DNA of 64,000 nucleotides, taken from the IMG/VR virus record IMGVR_UViG_3300033121_000493, positions 1-64,000 of that record; one strand, 5' to 3'. The notes beneath the pieces are model-generated. The model searched no databases. It was not told the DNA's origin and saw only the letters and a list, made by a program, of their open reading frames with translations. Source of the stretch: a virus (Duplodnaviria > Caudoviricetes). A program made the position numbers and the translations under genes. Within the stretch, counting starts at the first letter, position 1; the number at the start of each line of letters is the position of its first letter. This document shows, piece by piece, positions 17,063-27,658 of this stretch.

Positions 17063-20000
17063 TTAGCACCTGGCTGCGCCTGTTAAAGTCTCGCACGGAC
17101 AATCGTGCATGTATATCGTTGGGTCTTTAGTCATATCGTAATCAACCAGCACGGGAATACCTTTCCCGTTGTAAACTGCATCTGTAAGCGTTCTACCACG
17201 GTACTCTGCATACGGCTTTCCAGTATTATCCAAGTTCAGATCAATAGCAAGCCAGCCGGAATTGCCGTTACACGGACCAAAATCTGATAGCGTACAGCTA
17301 CACGTTGTTTGCTCTACGCCGCTTGGGTTTGCCACCTTTATCTGACTACATAGCGAGCCGCCTTCTGTGTCATGTAATCCAATACCGGGTAAACCTGGTG
17401 GTAACTGAGTAGCCGGTACAGTTGGGCACGACAGTGGCGACGCGCTACAGTCACAACCACTAGCCCACGGCGAGGCTTGCCCACTAAATGATACACGTCT
17501 AACTTCTTGAAACCATGACGTTGGATACGTACCAATCTCTAAATTACCACATACCACAATATCGCCGTAGCAATTACCGGCTGCTTCACCTGTCAGCGGG
17601 CCAGTGGCTACTTCATAAAAATCTGGATTATGCCATACATGATCAAACCTGTGTTTCTTAATTTTTGTGCCGTGGTTGGCGTCCCAGCCGCCGGTGCAAC
17701 GTGGGCCAGTACAGTATCTGTACTCAAACCCAGCCACTGTGTAACTAGCAGATGCGCCACACCCCGGCGACGGGCTACCTAAAGAATTTCTACTAGTACA
17801 TGGTATCATTGTGTTAGTGAACACGTCGCGCCAGTAACAACTTTGTTGGCATACATAGATTCCGCAGTCTGTATCCGGCACACCAAACAATCCGCACGAT
17901 CCTGGAGGAGTCCCACATGCTACTTGTACGTTTTCTTCATAAGATGCGCATGGAGCTCTGTTTGTAGGTAGTACGCCGTCTGCCGTGCAGGTTTTTGTTT
18001 TGTTATACACGGTTGGACATTTTCCAGCGTCGCACGGCGATTCGCTATTCCAGCACTGCTCCCACGAAGGTGTTTCCCAATCATCACAGTGAATGCCTTC
18101 TGTGTAATCGTAACTTGTTATCACGGTTTCTGGTTGGCAAGTATCTGGATTAATCCTGACCTGCGAATCGTTGTACGCTACCCACTGGCAAATAGGATAC
18201 GGGCAATTAGACGTAGGCGCACAGCAATTAGCGCATGGTGCACTTTGCGTTGTAGATCTTTGATTAACACAATCCCAGCGGCAATCAAAATTGTTGTTTC
18301 GTACGGGCTCTGTTCCGCCAATAGTTCTTTGCCACGAGCCACAACTACTGCCCATCAATCCTGTAGCTTTTACTTTACAACTTTTAATAGTGTCGTCTGT
18401 CCACAGTCCATATCGAACGAGATAATTCATTGCGTCGATTATCTCTTGGATGTGAACTGCATCGATCACCATTTGAGACTTTAAACCTACATGTTCATAT
18501 TTCGCATATACTTGTGCGTCTTCACTACCAGTGTATTGCAACTTTTGTGCAAACGGCACCACGCCCCAAGAAGCTGTACCGCCGTACTTTTTGTTGTTTA
18601 ACGGATCACCGTCAAACGCGTACTCTACACCACCCCACGTTTTTCTAGCGGCTGCCGAGCCAAGACTTAATTCGGCTTGTCCGTTATGGAGCGGATATGT
18701 GTTGATACTAAACGCGCTGTCGCCCTTACCACCGCTAATATAGTGCGGGTAATAGTTAGATCCACTCCAGTAGAATTTAATAGGCCAGTACGCGCAACAC
18801 GCACCATCCGTTGTACTGCGCAATCTAGGATTATGGAAAAATCTACCAGGATGTCCTAGCCCAATTAAATCGTCGCAAGGACTGTCATCCCATGTACACG
18901 TTGTACCTACTAAATTACTTATCACGTTTCTTACAAACGTAATAAGGTTTGGCTGTATGGTTTCACTCTCGTCAAAGCTATAAAAGTCTGTACCGTGGCG
19001 TATATCCACCCCGTTGTAATTATCCAATACTTCTGGTAAGCCGCTACCGTACGGGTTGTAGTGCGTGAACCATGTAAATGTGTACTGCGCCGACGCGTCA
19101 GGAACACTAGCTCCACCAGGGCTGTAGCGCGCTACGTCGTTGTTAAGCGGCGTAGTATCATCAAAGAAATACTTTAAATACCATCTGCATTGCGTGCCAT
19201 GATCTTGTTCTGGGATTGTAGCTGTATACGTACTGCCGCTTCTGTCCATGTCCACTGTGGTATAGCCGCCCCATCCACCGCCTGGCGATTTAAGAGCATA
19301 TTTTAGTTGCACGTAAGTCGGTGTGGTAACACCACTTGGTTTAACGTACGTAATAGTAACGTTTTGCCCGTCTTTTTTTATGTATCCGTTAGCTTCAGTC
19401 AGCCAAGGCTGTACGTCATTGCGGCCAGGATTTGTTGCGCCAAACCACCCACGGCCTTCTGGAGAAAAAGGATAGTCGGCTCTATCTCGTGAGATACTGC
19501 CATCTGGAAAAATAGTATCTGCTGGTTGCTTAGAGAATTGTGCCGCTGGATCTTCACTACGTGGTCGAATAGGCACGGCTGGCGCTGAATAACCTAACCC
19601 ACCAGAATCACCGAACGCGGCGTACTCGCCATACTTTATGTACTCTACGCAACTACCATTACAAAATCCTGTTGTACCATCGACGCAACCAAACCCGCCT
19701 GCAAAGCACTGTGGCTTCCAGGATTCCGGCCCCCACAAACAGCGAGGATTTACTCTATCCCACCAATGGCATTTGTTAAACCCGCCGCCGCCCACAGGAT
19801 ACGCTGCAGGTCTCGATCCGTAGACTGCGTACAACATTCCCTCTAGGCGCTGAATAGCCAGCTTAAATTTGCCGCCCAGCGTATCTTCAAAGTTAATGTA
19901 TCCAGCTCCAGCTGGAGCAGAACCTTCTGGCAAAACTATTAAACCGGCCGGATGAATATCACGCCAGCGCATCTGGCTAGGTACAGTAGTAGACCTCGCA

Positions 20001-20122
20001 GCTAACGTCTCGTCGTAGTGAGAGCCTGCAGAATACAGCGCGGTATCCGTCATCTCCACGTTTACTTGATTACGCGATATGATCGTATCAACAAGATTTA
20101 ATAGCCAACTAGCAAAGCCCAT
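17063..20122 (-). CDS. Very Cys-rich 1019-aa putative fibre/receptor-binding protein
   Basis: About 48 Cys by hand count; IDAVHIQEIIDA fibre-type motif; position among fibre genes. Confidence 0.65.
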   Translation of the reverse strand: MGFASWLLNLVDTIISRNQVNVEMTDTALYSAGSHYDETLAARSTTVPSQMRWRDIHPAGLIVLPEGSAPAGAGYINFEDTLGGKFKLAIQRLEGMLYAVYGSRPAAYPVGGGGFNKCHWWDRVNPRCLWGPESWKPQCFAGGFGCVDGTTGFCNGSCVEYIKYGEYAAFGDSGGLGYSAPAVPIRPRSEDPAAQFSKQPADTIFPDGSISRDRADYPFSPEGRGWFGATNPGRNDVQPWLTEANGYIKKDGQNVTITYVKPSGVTTPTYVQLKYALKSPGGGWGGYTTVDMDRSGSTYTATIPEQDHGTQCRWYLKYFFDDTTPLNNDVARYSPGGASVPDASAQYTFTWFTHYNPYGSGLPEVLDNYNGVDIRHGTDFYSFDESETIQPNLITFVRNVISNLVGTTCTWDDSPCDDLIGLGHPGRFFHNPRLRSTTDGACCAYWPIKFYWSGSNYYPHYISGGKGDSAFSINTYPLHNGQAELSLGSAAARKTWGGVEYAFDGDPLNNKKYGGTASWGVVPFAQKLQYTGSEDAQVYAKYEHVGLKSQMVIDAVHIQEIIDAMNYLVRYGLWTDDTIKSCKVKATGLMGSSCGSWQRTIGGTEPVRNNNFDCRWDCVNQRSTTQSAPCANCCAPTSNCPYPICQWVAYNDSQVRINPDTCQPETVITSYDYTEGIHCDDWETPSWEQCWNSESPCDAGKCPTVYNKTKTCTADGVLPTNRAPCASYEENVQVACGTPPGSCGLFGVPDTDCGIYVCQQSCYWRDVFTNTMIPCTSRNSLGSPSPGCGASASYTVAGFEYRYCTGPRCTGGWDANHGTKIKKHRFDHVWHNPDFYEVATGPLTGEAAGNCYGDIVVCGNLEIGTYPTSWFQEVRRVSFSGQASPWASGCDCSASPLSCPTVPATQLPPGLPGIGLHDTEGGSLCSQIKVANPSGVEQTTCSCTLSDFGPCNGNSGWLAIDLNLDNTGKPYAEYRGRTLTDAVYNGKGIPVLVDYDMTKDPTIYMHDCPCETLTGAARC

Positions 20123-21213
20123 TATCCACCTATGTATCGTCCGCGAGGAATAACTCTCGACTCTATCAGCGCAATCGCAGGACTAACAGCTTTGTCGTCA
20201 GTCCACGTGTTAGACCCGCTATCAATCGTAGAATAGCACACATCAGTACCGCCGTAAAACTGATCAAATATAGATGAATAGGCTGAGTAGTTTTCTATTT
20301 GGATTACTTGCGGTACTTGCACGTTACCTGAAAAAGTCTGAACAAATCTGTACGCCTGACCTTCCTGTAGCACAACAGGCGTATCAAATTGTTTATACCC
20401 CATTACACCGTCCATAGTTTCTTTAGCGTCTGTACCACAAGCCCAAGATTGCAGCGGCGTATCATTGGGCACTTGAGACGCCGTAAACAACTGTAAACCG
20501 TTGCAGCTAGCAGTAGCTGCTATAGCGGCACCAACTATCTCTCGCGTCGCAAGCATAGGAGGAATATAAATACCACGTTTACGTGTATTGTTTGTGTAAT
20601 ACGTCGACGATGTAGTTGAGAATGGATTACCGTAGACTGAGCCGTCGGCGTGCTCTACAACTACTATTGGAGTTAAAATTGCTGTACCGTTTGCGCTAAA
20701 CCCAGCCGCACTCGTATATCCGGCCAGCGCTTTTAACGATGCGCCATAAATACCTTGCGCATACGCACCGTGAGTTAGCACGTTGGCATAGTCAGTAGCC
20801 GGAGCGCCTGCTGTGTTGTGCAAGCATAGCCACAATATTTCACCTACATTCGGCGTATAAGTACCAGCAAACGTTACTTTATTCCACTGATCAACCGCTG
20901 ACGCTTTAGTCCAGCCGGTAGACGATTCTCTCGTAGTAGTTCCAGCTCTACTGGCACTAGCCGTACTTTCGTTTTGTATTTTCATAGCAAACGTTAAGTT
21001 TGCGTATGTACCCGCAGACGTATCAAATATAAAGTAGACGTTTACTATAGGCGACGCTACTGGGCAAAAGTACCGCCACCCCATAACAGCGCCAGACGTA
21101 TTAACAACAAACGCACTGTTAATAGCAAAATTGCTTCTGGAGCCAGAGCTACGCCAGCCGCCGTTAACTCCACCGTTTTGTTCCCACAACCAAGTATTAG
21201 AATTGTTAGCCAT
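20122..21213 (-). CDS. Putative virion beta-sandwich protein
   Basis: G/T/S/N-rich, beta-propensity composition; translationally coupled. Confidence 0.6.
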   Translation of the reverse strand: MANNSNTWLWEQNGGVNGGWRSSGSRSNFAINSAFVVNTSGAVMGWRYFCPVASPIVNVYFIFDTSAGTYANLTFAMKIQNESTASASRAGTTTRESSTGWTKASAVDQWNKVTFAGTYTPNVGEILWLCLHNTAGAPATDYANVLTHGAYAQGIYGASLKALAGYTSAAGFSANGTAILTPIVVVEHADGSVYGNPFSTTSSTYYTNNTRKRGIYIPPMLATREIVGAAIAATASCNGLQLFTASQVPNDTPLQSWACGTDAKETMDGVMGYKQFDTPVVLQEGQAYRFVQTFSGNVQVPQVIQIENYSAYSSIFDQFYGGTDVCYSTIDSGSNTWTDDKAVSPAIALIESRVIPRGRYIGG

Positions 21214-22595
21214 TAAACGTATCCCAGATTAAGAACTACGTCACCGGCAGTACACACAGCGGTACTGTTGTCTGCTTGACCAGTTACAATGACAAAGCCT
21301 AACCCAGTACCGAGAGTAATCGGCTCAGGAAATGGAATACTGATACCGCTTGAGTTAGGTGGAATAGGTATACGCAAAACTGGCGTATCCGTACTAGGGT
21401 CAGGCGCTGACGCTTTGTTGTATATCTTTACATAACGCAATGTAGTAGCAGTATTAAACGCCATTATCCAATGTAATCTAGCTGCTGCATTTTTTACATT
21501 AGTAGCATTAGACGACGACGCGCATATCAATGAATATGCTGTTATACCGTCGTTACTGGCTGTTATAGATTTAGCTGTCCATACCGCGCCAACAGAATTT
21601 GTTCGTAATTGGACATTATCGCCATTAGCCGGTGTAAGTGTAGCTAACGTATCTGTACGTGTGGCTAAAGCTAATACACCTGTGTCTGTTGAACCAGTAG
21701 CTGTATCTATAGCTTTACCTAGATTTGTAGCGCCAGTACCGGGGATTACAGAATCTGCTTGTACAGCAAAAGTGCCAGCGTTTGTAACTGCGTGAGACGG
21801 CACAGACGCTAAAGATACTGGTAGTGTAGTGATTGCAGAAGATCCGTCAGATAATCTGACAAACACCGGCGTGCCTACTGGAGCGTCTACAGTGAGAGAT
21901 CCTGAATTATCAGTTACAGCTACAGCGGCCGCAATACTAACTGGCTGCGTAGCTTGCCAGAACGTACCAGTAACAGCTACAGAGCCTGTAATACCTACCG
22001 AGCCGTCTATAGTAAATGTTCCGCCGTCGGCCCTAACTGTAAAAACAGTGTCAGCTCCTGGCTGCACAGGAAGAGCATATGAGGCACTAACAGGTCTAAG
22101 CGTATCACTGACGTCTTCCCACAATACGGCAACGCCAGTAATAGAAGAATCAGTATCACCTTCTGTGTATTGCGTGCCGCCACCAAATGAAGTTATTTGA
22201 TTTCCAGAGCCATCACAAATAGCAACGTTTAGTGCGTCATTAGACGATAGGTCTCTAACTGTAGCTTTAGTAGTACCGTCGTGAATAGAGGTTAGCCAAG
22301 GTGTTGTATTGGCTGTGTTGCCAGGCTGTATTGTCCACGTACCAGACTGGGCTGCCTGCGTCGCAAACGTACCGGCATTCGTAACTGCTACAGAGCCTGT
22401 AATACCTACCGACCCGTCTACAGTCAGTGATCCACCACTGTCCGATATTGGTAGTGGGTTTGATGTATTAACGTCGCCATAAGCGCCGTCAGCGCCTATA
22501 CCTATTTTTACTCGCTGATGCTGCACGCCGCCTATGTCATCGGTTGCTAATATAGCACCACCTGAGCCGTCATTAAGTTCAATATTGTCAGCCAT
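21213..22595 (-). CDS. Putative fibre/decoration protein with internal repeats
   Basis: MADN...ATDDIGGVQHQRVK...SNPLP N-terminus, repeated DGSVGITGSVAVT and VTNAGTFA, C-terminal RYVKIYNKASAP...DTP domain common in phage proteins. Confidence 0.7.
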   Translation of the reverse strand: MADNIELNDGSGGAILATDDIGGVQHQRVKIGIGADGAYGDVNTSNPLPISDSGGSLTVDGSVGITGSVAVTNAGTFATQAAQSGTWTIQPGNTANTTPWLTSIHDGTTKATVRDLSSNDALNVAICDGSGNQITSFGGGTQYTEGDTDSSITGVAVLWEDVSDTLRPVSASYALPVQPGADTVFTVRADGGTFTIDGSVGITGSVAVTGTFWQATQPVSIAAAVAVTDNSGSLTVDAPVGTPVFVRLSDGSSAITTLPVSLASVPSHAVTNAGTFAVQADSVIPGTGATNLGKAIDTATGSTDTGVLALATRTDTLATLTPANGDNVQLRTNSVGAVWTAKSITASNDGITAYSLICASSSNATNVKNAAARLHWIMAFNTATTLRYVKIYNKASAPDPSTDTPVLRIPIPPNSSGISIPFPEPITLGTGLGFVIVTGQADNSTAVCTAGDVVLNLGYV

Positions 22596-23776
22596 TATTC
22601 GGTCTCCAGGTAAAACCGTATACCGCCGGTTACCTTTATAGAATCAGTATCGTCTAGTGCTATTAACTCGTCAAAAGTATGTACCCACATTAATTCATTA
22701 GTAGAACCTGATACACCATAAATAGCTATATGCTTTATGCCACTAATAGGTTGCCCAGATGTATTGGTTAACTTTGGCTCACCGGCGGTACGAATATACG
22801 GTAGCACTTCCATAGGCGGCGGATTATATGGCACGTATGTCCAGTTATTTAACGATATGGGCGTTACGCCAGATAAGTGTGGAACTATATCTGAATACTC
22901 CATTTCTCTTGTAGGCACAAACGTATCTTTTAGCGGCACAGCTTTAATTGTCGTGTAGTCTGAGGATGCGCCAGAAAAACAATTATCAGCAAACCTCTTT
23001 AAAAACTTCTGTGCCATACCTATTTTGATAGAGTTAAACCTAGCGCGGTACGTTATGTGTATACTTAAACCTGGCCAAATTACTATTGGTGCTCTGAAAA
23101 ACGATATAGCTACGAGCTTAGGTGACGGCTCACTAGTAGCTAGCCAAACACACGTAACTGGAAAGCCACCCATCTTTCTAAAGTCACCAAGCCAGTTTAA
23201 TGATCCAGTAACGTCCCACGTCTCCATATAAGCTGGAGCACCGTCACTAATGTGAGTTAATACTTTGCGAGGCCATTGCCACGGAAATCCAACTACGGCT
23301 TCTGGGTCTCTAAGTCCGTACCAAGGCGGTGGAGCTTGCTCAACGTCTGCGGGTGTATCTGGATTATCCCACGCCTCGGCTGGCTGCGGCGTCCATACAT
23401 GGTTATTTGGAAATATACATTCCTGCGTTTCGACAGTGCCGCCGTAGACTAAATCGTACGTGTTAAATTCAGCAGATATGCGCGCATACCCATAACTGTT
23501 GCGCATTTGCCAATCTATACAACCACCCTCGACTGCTGAATCTGCTGTTATCTGATCGTACGTAATCGTCTTGTCAATTAGAACAGGATCATTCGTCAAA
23601 GCATTTGGTATCTCGGGTGCGGATATGCCAAGGAACATAGCTTTTCGGCTATTTCTAGTGGGAAACATTCTACGCAACATATACTCCAATCCTTCGTACG
23701 GAACGAAGTTTGGAGACACGAAAGAGTAGAGCTCGCGATTAGTGCTATCGCGAACAGATAGTATAAATTCACCCAT
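22595..23776 (-). CDS. Putative baseplate/fibre-attachment protein
   Basis: N-terminal N.V..EG...L motif like 34873..35400; start uncertain (23776 vs 23815/23830). Confidence 0.5.
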   Translation of the reverse strand: MGEFILSVRDSTNRELYSFVSPNFVPYEGLEYMLRRMFPTRNSRKAMFLGISAPEIPNALTNDPVLIDKTITYDQITADSAVEGGCIDWQMRNSYGYARISAEFNTYDLVYGGTVETQECIFPNNHVWTPQPAEAWDNPDTPADVEQAPPPWYGLRDPEAVVGFPWQWPRKVLTHISDGAPAYMETWDVTGSLNWLGDFRKMGGFPVTCVWLATSEPSPKLVAISFFRAPIVIWPGLSIHITYRARFNSIKIGMAQKFLKRFADNCFSGASSDYTTIKAVPLKDTFVPTREMEYSDIVPHLSGVTPISLNNWTYVPYNPPPMEVLPYIRTAGEPKLTNTSGQPISGIKHIAIYGVSGSTNELMWVHTFDELIALDDTDSIKVTGGIRFYLETE

Positions 23777-23777
23777 A

Positions 23778-25850
23778 CTAGAAAGTTCCACGGTAATGCG
23801 AGCGTTCACCGACATACGCGTCAGCGCCACCTGGTGCGCGTTTAACGCTTATGACGTCACCTACATTAAGTGGGTTAACGTATTGTCCGCCAGTGCCCTG
23901 CTCTTCTTTATTATAGACAGGCTCGTACAGCTTGCTCGACACAGCCGACCATACGCCATTGATATCCATCACAGCGCCCCATGCAGCATATCTGTACGGC
24001 GGCGTAGTACCGGCTCTAGCTTTAATCATACCAAAATCACCGCCGCCACTACCGTTAGGATTTACGTATAGTTTTAGCGTCTCATCAAACGCGCAGTCTC
24101 CGGCGTCTGGGCCGTCTGTCCAGTCCTGTATAGCTTCAGCTCTATACTCTGTTGACGGCAGTGGATCAGCTAGCGCGTTACCAAAATCAGCAATATCAAA
24201 GAACTCTACTTTGGGCGACCGCTTACCGCACGGTATGTACAAACTCATCTGCAAATCTAATTGACAACTTTCGTCAAACTCAGATTTAGTAACACGCCCA
24301 GCCGCATATTTTGCAAAGTCCTCTTTACCAGGAGTAGCAAAGTATCCCAGGTTTTGATTTACAACTATAGTGCCAGTTGGTAACTGGTCGTAGTAAGGAT
24401 GTAGCGACGCGTCTTCAGTGCCATACTTGTCTTTGTACTGTTGGTTTCTATCTTTTAGTACCAAGCTATCTTGTTCGTATAGAAACAAGCTACGTCCAGT
24501 AAACGCTGGATCAAACGACAGTGAGCTATGTGCGCCACCAGTAGGACACGGTAGGTTCAGCGCTAAATCCAAAATAGGCACGCACGGCGTAGCGTTTCCA
24601 CGATCATTTTTACCGTATTCCAATACTATTTGTGCTGTCGGCTGGCCAAATGCCCACTGCCTGACTGGCGTCGAAGTTACGCTTAGCGATCCCTTAAAGA
24701 AATTGTTATCCACAAACGTTACGTTTGCATCATCAGAGCTAGATCCTTGTACGCCGATACGTATCTGAATAGGACACGGCAAGTCTAAACTAATATCCAG
24801 GTTAGGCGCGCACGTATCTATATTAGACGACGAGTCGCGCTTGTAGGTAACAGCTAATCCGGCAGTCGGCGTAATAGCCCACTCATATCTGTTCGACGCG
24901 CCGTATGTAATGTTGTCGTTACTGGAATCCGTGCCCGATGTAATATTGAGTGGGCATCCAGTCTGTAACTCTAGTACTAACTCGGGATTACAATCCAAAG
25001 CACACGAAGACGACGTTGTATTAACGCCAAACGTACCTGTTACAGTTTGTCTGTATTCTGGTATGTACTTTGTCTTTAATACTGGCTGCCGCCATACAAC
25101 AGGACAAGGAATATCAAGATTGAGTTTTATGTTGGTTTGGCAGCCAGCGCCGCTAGAGCTTCCTTCACTGGAGGTAATAGCAAACGCTAACTTTGGTAGT
25201 CGCGAGTCTGGTATAGCGGCATTACAAGCTATACCGTTACTGCTGCTACTCCCTAGCGGCTGATTAACTGTAGCTTTAGCAGTAACGACCGTTGGACACG
25301 GTAATTCAAGATCAAACGACAAAGCCAAGTCACACGAATCTGGCACCTTTGACGCTTGTACGCCCAGCGATCCGGACGTGCCTGGAGAAAATTTAACGCG
25401 ACCGCCAGACCCTACAATATCCGTAGGACATGGAATACCAATACTTAGGCTAAGCCCAAGATCGCACGAGTTATTTGTAGCCGCTATATTCGCCGTCGTA
25501 CTAGTCAGTAATGGGTCAAAATTAACGTCGGCATGGGCCGTAGTAAACGACACAAAGCAAGGCACAAATATATCAAGTTGAATGTCTGGTTCACACGGAT
25601 CGCCCGACGGGTAAGTTACAGAAACGCCGACAGAGCCGTCTACTGGAGTTTCTGGATCATCTGGACCGTGGAATGAGCCAGTAACATTTAGCGGATAACA
25701 GCCCTGATCTACGGGCGGTATAGGTATAGGAATATCTAGCGGCGTAACAATAGGGCTTGGCGGTTGTGGTATCTCACAATCGTCAACGAAGTTATACGAG
25801 CCTATAGCCGCTACGCTTGGCGCACATGATTTTTCAAATGCTCTACTCAT
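23778..25850 (-). CDS. C-x11-C repeat fibre-like protein
   Basis: Eight C-x11-C repeats with alternating hydrophobics; five SSS runs. Confidence 0.7.
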   Translation of the reverse strand: MSRAFEKSCAPSVAAIGSYNFVDDCEIPQPPSPIVTPLDIPIPIPPVDQGCYPLNVTGSFHGPDDPETPVDGSVGVSVTYPSGDPCEPDIQLDIFVPCFVSFTTAHADVNFDPLLTSTTANIAATNNSCDLGLSLSIGIPCPTDIVGSGGRVKFSPGTSGSLGVQASKVPDSCDLALSFDLELPCPTVVTAKATVNQPLGSSSSNGIACNAAIPDSRLPKLAFAITSSEGSSSGAGCQTNIKLNLDIPCPVVWRQPVLKTKYIPEYRQTVTGTFGVNTTSSSCALDCNPELVLELQTGCPLNITSGTDSSNDNITYGASNRYEWAITPTAGLAVTYKRDSSSNIDTCAPNLDISLDLPCPIQIRIGVQGSSSDDANVTFVDNNFFKGSLSVTSTPVRQWAFGQPTAQIVLEYGKNDRGNATPCVPILDLALNLPCPTGGAHSSLSFDPAFTGRSLFLYEQDSLVLKDRNQQYKDKYGTEDASLHPYYDQLPTGTIVVNQNLGYFATPGKEDFAKYAAGRVTKSEFDESCQLDLQMSLYIPCGKRSPKVEFFDIADFGNALADPLPSTEYRAEAIQDWTDGPDAGDCAFDETLKLYVNPNGSGGGDFGMIKARAGTTPPYRYAAWGAVMDINGVWSAVSSKLYEPVYNKEEQGTGGQYVNPLNVGDVISVKRAPGGADAYVGERSHYRGTF

Positions 25851-25878
25851 GCGCGTATTTTACCAAGTAAGGGCCAAT

Positions 25879-26835
25879 TTATGAACTTGAACTTGACTGC
25901 TGCTGAACTGTATTACACGCGTCTAGCTCTGGTCGACTACGTATAGTTATGGTGTTCAATCCACTAACAATCTCTACACCACGCCCTGCGATTAGATTAA
26001 ACACACCAGTTGTAGTCGGCTCAACGCCGTTTATGTTTGATATGACTTCGTTACATCTGACCGCGCAGTCCAAAGGTTCACCGTTTGCCAGCTTGGCGAC
26101 TTCAGCAGCGGTACGCGGTATCTCGGTGCACGCTTCACCGGCACCAGATCCTTTTATTGCTGAAAACCGTAAAGCGTTGCTACCTACTAGCGTAGCAATA
26201 GTACAGTTGTAACCTTCGCTAAATGCTATATCGCCTATTATGTTTTCGCCGTGTGGGGCTATGATATAGCTACCGTCATTGCTCACGCCGACGCCGCTGC
26301 TACTAGTTTGGCACGCCGTTGATAGCGTTCGCGGCTCGTTGGCTATAGTCACGTTTTCTACGTAGTGGCCTTTTAGTACCTGCACACATCGCCGTTCAAT
26401 CCAAGGATAATTATCCGGCGTAGAATCAATGCTTGATTTATTAGAAACTAGATTACTGTTCAGCGCGTAATTTGAACTTAAGCCAAATACAACAAACCCA
26501 TAACCAAGAACTTTACCGGCTTTAATCAATTGGAATGATTTTATAGAGAAGTCTGCGGTTGAATCTGCGCGCACTACATACGTCCCATCTACTAGAGACC
26601 CAGGCGCTTTGACGTACAACTCAATGTTTGGCACGTTTGTATCGTACCCAAATCCGCTTATGTAAACTCTATGAGTGTTATTGTCTGGGTCATATCCAGA
26701 TTTGGCCAATAGAACAACAGTAATATCAACTAGCATATCAGTGTACGGCAGTACACTAGAAGAAAACGTGTACCGCTCATCCAGTAAAGGATAGCGCCGG
26801 TACAGATTTAGATTGTAAAAATCAGTATCAGCCAT
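25879..26835 (-). CDS. Fibre/baseplate paralog array member (N.N..R.YP family)
   Basis: DFYNLNLYRRYPL; GDIAFSEGYN; ISNINGVEP...G.F.L; C-terminal SSSSS. Confidence 0.7.
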   Translation of the reverse strand: MADTDFYNLNLYRRYPLLDERYTFSSSVLPYTDMLVDITVVLLAKSGYDPDNNTHRVYISGFGYDTNVPNIELYVKAPGSLVDGTYVVRADSTADFSIKSFQLIKAGKVLGYGFVVFGLSSNYALNSNLVSNKSSIDSTPDNYPWIERRCVQVLKGHYVENVTIANEPRTLSTACQTSSSGVGVSNDGSYIIAPHGENIIGDIAFSEGYNCTIATLVGSNALRFSAIKGSGAGEACTEIPRTAAEVAKLANGEPLDCAVRCNEVISNINGVEPTTTGVFNLIAGRGVEIVSGLNTITIRSRPELDACNTVQQQSSSSS

Positions 26836-27658
26836 TGATAAACCCAACAATCAAGCCGTTGTCTGTAACAGTAATACGTAACGCCGGGCGCGCAGGTGAG
26901 TCAGCGTCTTTTTTCACTGACAACTTTATACCGCCAACAGCGTTAGGTCTAACAATATCGCCATCAAATTTTAAGCCAAGCAGCTGGTTATTGGCGTAAC
27001 TTAGTACGCCCTCAGCTTCACACGCTCTTCTTACAAACAGTGGATCGCCGACTATATCTACACGTATTGTTGTTGTGCCTATTTCGTTACTAGACGAGCT
27101 CTCTGTGTCGACGACAGTCAACTGTACTCCACGCTCACCTACCAGCACAACCTCGTCATTAACGCCTGTACCGTCACTTAGTATAAATTTTCTTACGCCG
27201 CTTTGTGGCTGTGGTACTACAACAGTTGCAGCCAATCGTGTCTGTGTTGGTAAAAAGCTGTAAGTCCCATCTGGCCATGAACATAGCTTAGCCAGTCCTA
27301 TATTGTCACTGACGCTTTCGCCACTTGTCAAACTTGTTCCAGCTGTACCTGGGTTGGCTTGCATCAAACCTAAATACGTATTAGACTGCCAAAAATGAAT
27401 GGTGTCAGGTGGGTTAGAGCGTTCGAAAGTTGCATATCCTAGATCGCCGCGACTGCTGGCAAGCACTATCTGAACAGTCGCGGCGATCGTTATTTTACTG
27501 ATGTAAACATCTAGTGTCCCATTTGGAACAAACACCCTAGCGTCAACAAATACGTCATTATCAATAGTTACCGTATTGTTTGTACGCGCCACGCTGGCGT
27601 CAAACGGATACGCCTGATTAATAGCGTCATCATAATAGCTAGGGTGAATTACAAGCAT
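26828..27658 (-). CDS. Fibre/baseplate paralog array member
   Basis: YYDDAINQAYPFD; FVDARV; RL.ATVV.P; VVLVGERGVQL. Confidence 0.7.
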   Translation of the reverse strand: MLVIHPSYYDDAINQAYPFDASVARTNNTVTIDNDVFVDARVFVPNGTLDVYISKITIAATVQIVLASSRGDLGYATFERSNPPDTIHFWQSNTYLGLMQANPGTAGTSLTSGESVSDNIGLAKLCSWPDGTYSFLPTQTRLAATVVVPQPQSGVRKFILSDGTGVNDEVVLVGERGVQLTVVDTESSSSNEIGTTTIRVDIVGDPLFVRRACEAEGVLSYANNQLLGLKFDGDIVRPNAVGGIKLSVKKDADSPARPALRITVTDNGLIVGFING

